Shown here: piece after piece, positions 60,511 to 64,000 of the stretch
How positions within the stretch are numbered: the stretch's first letter is position 1
How the letters are laid out: every line of letters starts with the position of its first letter
Assembly: GCF_009914755.1 (NCBI RefSeq)
Contig: NC_060929.1
Source: the human T2T-CHM13v2.0 reference genome, Homo sapiens
Length of the DNA: 64,000 bases
Reading direction: 5' to 3' (one strand)
Notes under the pieces: generated by a model
Told to the model about the DNA's origin: nothing
Seen by the model: the letters and a program-made list of their open reading frames with translations, nothing else
Databases searched by the model: none
Made by a program: the position numbers and the translations under genes

Positions 60511-62542
60511 AAAGAAAGAATTTTATATGCTAGGCCACAGTTAAAATAGTTACTAATCAAGTCAATGGCAAAGATCTGAATAATACTCCTAGCTCAATTC
60601 CCAAAGGTATGAAATTAAGCAAGCATTTAACTTCCTCTCACTGAATTGTATTGCCAGCTATATATAAAACTTGCCACTAAATGCAGTAGAAGAAGCAAAA
60701 GTAAATAGCTATAGATGCAGCCCTACCAAATTCAAAATAGTGCTAAGAACAATGTGTCTGCTATGAAAATGAGAGTACAGTTAGACAAAGTATAATTGTA
60801 AATTTGAACAACTTGGAGAATAGTGTATTAATAACAGAATAGAGAAAGGAAAATGAAGCCAGTGAATATTGATCTATAATGTAAATAAAGAAAAATGATT
60901 TACAGCACATAGCTCACATTTAAGTAAGTTTAATTAAGTAAACCATTAATCATGGTTTAATTAAGACAAATCTACAGTTTTAACACTGTTTGATTTGGTT
61001 ATTATCATGTAGCAAGAAAAATAAAACCATGCCATTTTCACTGTACTATTTTCAACATGAGATGTATGTAAGGTGTTCAACGAAATCTTCTAAAAAATTG
61101 TTTAATAGCAAATTTTCAAATCATAAAAAGATTCAAAAAGAAAATATTTTAAATTAAAAAGTATAAAGATACAGTGTAAGACACATAAATATAAGAAAAA
61201 ATAATCGGTATTTATTTTAGGGCACCAAGAATCTTCAGGCAGATATCATAACCTACTTAGAGCCAGAGAGAAGAATTTTAAAGTATTTTTAGTATATTTT
61301 ATTTTTGAAAGCTTGCCAGATCAGTGATAGCACAATAATGAATTCTAGCTTTCAAAACGTATATGCTGAACTCCTGAATTTGAAGCAAGCTAAATCTGCC
61401 AAATTATTCCATAAGTATGCCCCAAATTTTCCCTTCAACTACAATAAAAACAAAGAGCTTTGTGTTATTCTTATCAGCCTTTCTTTACCAATTGTGCAAA
61501 AGCTTCAAGAAGCCTTTACACATGAATCATTTTCTCTAAAAAATAAGAATAATTCCTTATAAAATCAGGATTAACAAACTTTTTAACTGCTTTTATTAAA
61601 TGTGCCTCTCAGTTTATTACGATAGTTCATTTTAAACTAGTTCTCTTTGAATTCTCACATTAAGTTACATTAATTAGGTAAATATGACATAACTTACAAA
61701 TGTGTTCTCTGGACCTAAATTGAAAAGCTTCTTTAATTGGCATTTCCTATAGGAATTGCCATTTTTCTATAGGAAAGCAGCTAAATTGCAGCACTCCACT
61801 CCCCATCATTCAAGTTTAATGATGAATTAAAGTCATGAATATAAAATATTCTTTTTTTTAAAAAATGAGGATTGCATGCTTTTGTTTCTACATATTTATT
61901 TCCTTTCTAGATGACTCTTATATTTAATATTATACTCTTGTAACCAATTCTACCAACAATACATTAGAAAATCTAGAAACAGAAACAAATTATTCTAGGG
62001 AGTATTATCAGGCCCATGTTTTACACTAACTTTAAAGTGCAATCATATAATTCCTTTAGCATGATGATCACAATCCTAGTGACAGAGGCTATGGTTTGGG
62101 GGGTCTCCAACACTGCTCAGATGGGGAGAGGACATTTCCAGTTTCATGTACATGGAGAAGTCCACCAGTTAAAATACTTGAAGCCAAACACACCATTCTC
62201 ATTTAATGATCTGAATTTTGCCACGAATTTACTATACTAAAACAAAGAGGAAAAATGTTTTTAAGGATAACTCATTTTTTACAGAACATGTTAAGACAAC
62301 TCCTGTAGTCTCACACAAGGAAAGAAACTCACATGATTAAAAATTAAAGATTTACAAATGTGTCAGCAAATGAAAACAACTGGCATGCCCTAGAGAACCA
62401 CCTCTTAAACTGATGTGGCTCATATGTACAAAAGGAATATAGCCCCCAAGTAGGCAAATAACAGATACTACTTCATCAACTGGCAATTTCTCTTTCACAG
62501 GGGTTTTTCTGACCTTGTAAATAGCATTACAAAAGAAACAGA

Positions 62543-62962
62543 CTGGATAAAGAAAATGTGGTACATATACACCATGGAATACTATGCAGCCATAAAAAGG
62601 AACGAGATGATGTCCTTTGCAGGGACATAGATGAAGGTGGATGCCATAATACTCAGCAAAATAACACAGGAACAGAAAACCAAACACCACATGTTCTCAT
62701 ACATGGGAGTTGAACAGTGATAACACATGGACACAGCAACGGGAACAACACACACCGGGGCCTAGGGGAGGTCGGGGTTGAGGAAAGGGAGAGCATTAGG
62801 ACAAATAACTAATGCATGGAGCTTAAAACCTAGATGATGGGTTGATGGGTGCAGCAAACCACCATGGCACACGTATACCTATGTAACAAATCTGTATGTT
62901 TTTCACATTTATCCCAGAACTTAAAGTAAAATTTTAAAAAATAAATACATAAATTTGGGGAA
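62543..62962 (+). mobile_element. Short 5'-truncated L1PA (L1PA8-like)
   Basis: ctggataaagaaaatgtggtacatatacaccatgg...gcttaaaacctagatgatgggttgatgggtgcagcaaaccaccatggc...cccagaacttaaagtaaaa; 12-bp TSD aaaagaaacaga (62531-62542, 62963-62974). Confidence 0.93.
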
Positions 62963-63583
62963 AAAAGAAACAGATTGATTATAAATGTTCTACACATTGG
63001 CATATATTTTGTGACTCATTAAGAAATTTATATTGCAAGAATATTAAAATGCTTTATTGAAACTTATGTTTGGGATGGGTTTACTGCATTTGAGATTATG
63101 ATATTTCTGAAATAACTTTGCTCTAATTGAAGGTAACAAAAAAACCTAATGAAAATTAATTAACAGTGATTTAAGTCTAAGAACTTTATCTACAAGAATT
63201 ATTTTAGTAATGAAGTTTAACAAGTATGTTAAATAAGAATGATGGGGAGTTGCAAATAAAATGCATCTCTAGAAAATAATTTACCAGTTTCCTTTCTCAC
63301 AAAATCCTGTTTAGTCCCCTTTTAAACAATCCTTGATTTCACTAACAGTACAAGAGTTATGGAACAGAATTCCTCTCCATCCTCTTTTACAAACTGCATA
63401 TTCGAACATCGGGTGGGAAGGAGGTCTTGTCTCAGAACACTTTGGTATCATGGTATCTGTCACACTGCAACCTCCAATGAAAGTGAAGTTTGTCTCCATT
63501 GTGAGTTACAGTAATCATTTAGCTACTCCATACATGGCAAGCAAAAATAAATAAATAGATAAACAAGGAAAATAATAAGCTCT

Positions 63584-63586
<3 letters not shown>

Positions 63587-63621
<35 letters not shown>
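63587..63621 (+). repeat. (TG)n microsatellite
   Basis: About 17 uninterrupted TG units. Confidence 0.97.
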
Positions 63622-63626
<5 letters not shown>

Positions 63627-64000
63627 CAAACACACATTTTCACTCCCGAGATTTTGTGATACTCTAGCTTTAACAAGAATTGTTCAGCTATTTCCCTAGC
63701 ATTAGAGGTTAAAAGATATTGAGCTTACTGACATCTAAGCTTTGGGGCTGCCACTGAGGTTATTTATTTTCAATTTTGTATCAAGTGGCAGCAACAATGC
63801 TGTGCTGTGAATTAAGTAGCTTTGATTCTCTGTTAAGTGTGAATTCAAAGCTTGAATACGGATATAAACAGCCATGATAAAGACGCAGTCCAACAGAGGT
63901 CCTGCCAATAACAGGATTTAGTTTAAATAGCTGAGTATTCAACATGAACTCTCCCTTCATTCTATATAGCAAGTAGTGACCATTGTAATTAAGAATTAAA

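Noticed and set aside
61739-61760. 22-bp near-palindrome ggcatttcctataggaattgcc, and a 13-bp-stem hairpin at ~60934-60964
   Set aside because: Short and AT-rich; a few are expected by chance in 64 kb, and the spacing fits neither STAT nor CArG sites.
63759-63776. 18-nt match gttatttattttcaattt shared with 6141-6158
   Set aside because: Low-complexity AT-rich match that does not extend into the flanks.

Overview
AT-rich, CpG-poor primate (human-like) genomic DNA dominated by interspersed repeats (L1PA, old L1M, Alu, THE1/MST/MLT1 LTRs, L2, MIR, Charlie1). I found no intact protein-coding gene; the ORFs I can identify in the track are L1 or Alu remnants or pseudogene fragments. The one gene-derived feature is a decayed, intronless MFSD4B (NaGLT1/KIAA1919) retrocopy at ~24940-26950 (-). 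I see no new gene system here. The notable signals are structural: (1) a ~310-bp-arm inverted repeat in apparently non-TE DNA (6704-8085); (2) a ~3.1-kb inversion that splits an MLT1 LTR and leaves a near-perfect 125-bp inverted duplication at its ends (39975-43322); (3) a patchwork of locally templated copies inside a (TA)n tract (28932-29769); (4) a twin-primed L1PA with a short 3' transduction (55485-60242); (5) a decayed ~293-bp tandem duplication. Repeat subfamily names come from recalled consensus sequences, alignments were done by eye, and boundaries of old elements are approximate.
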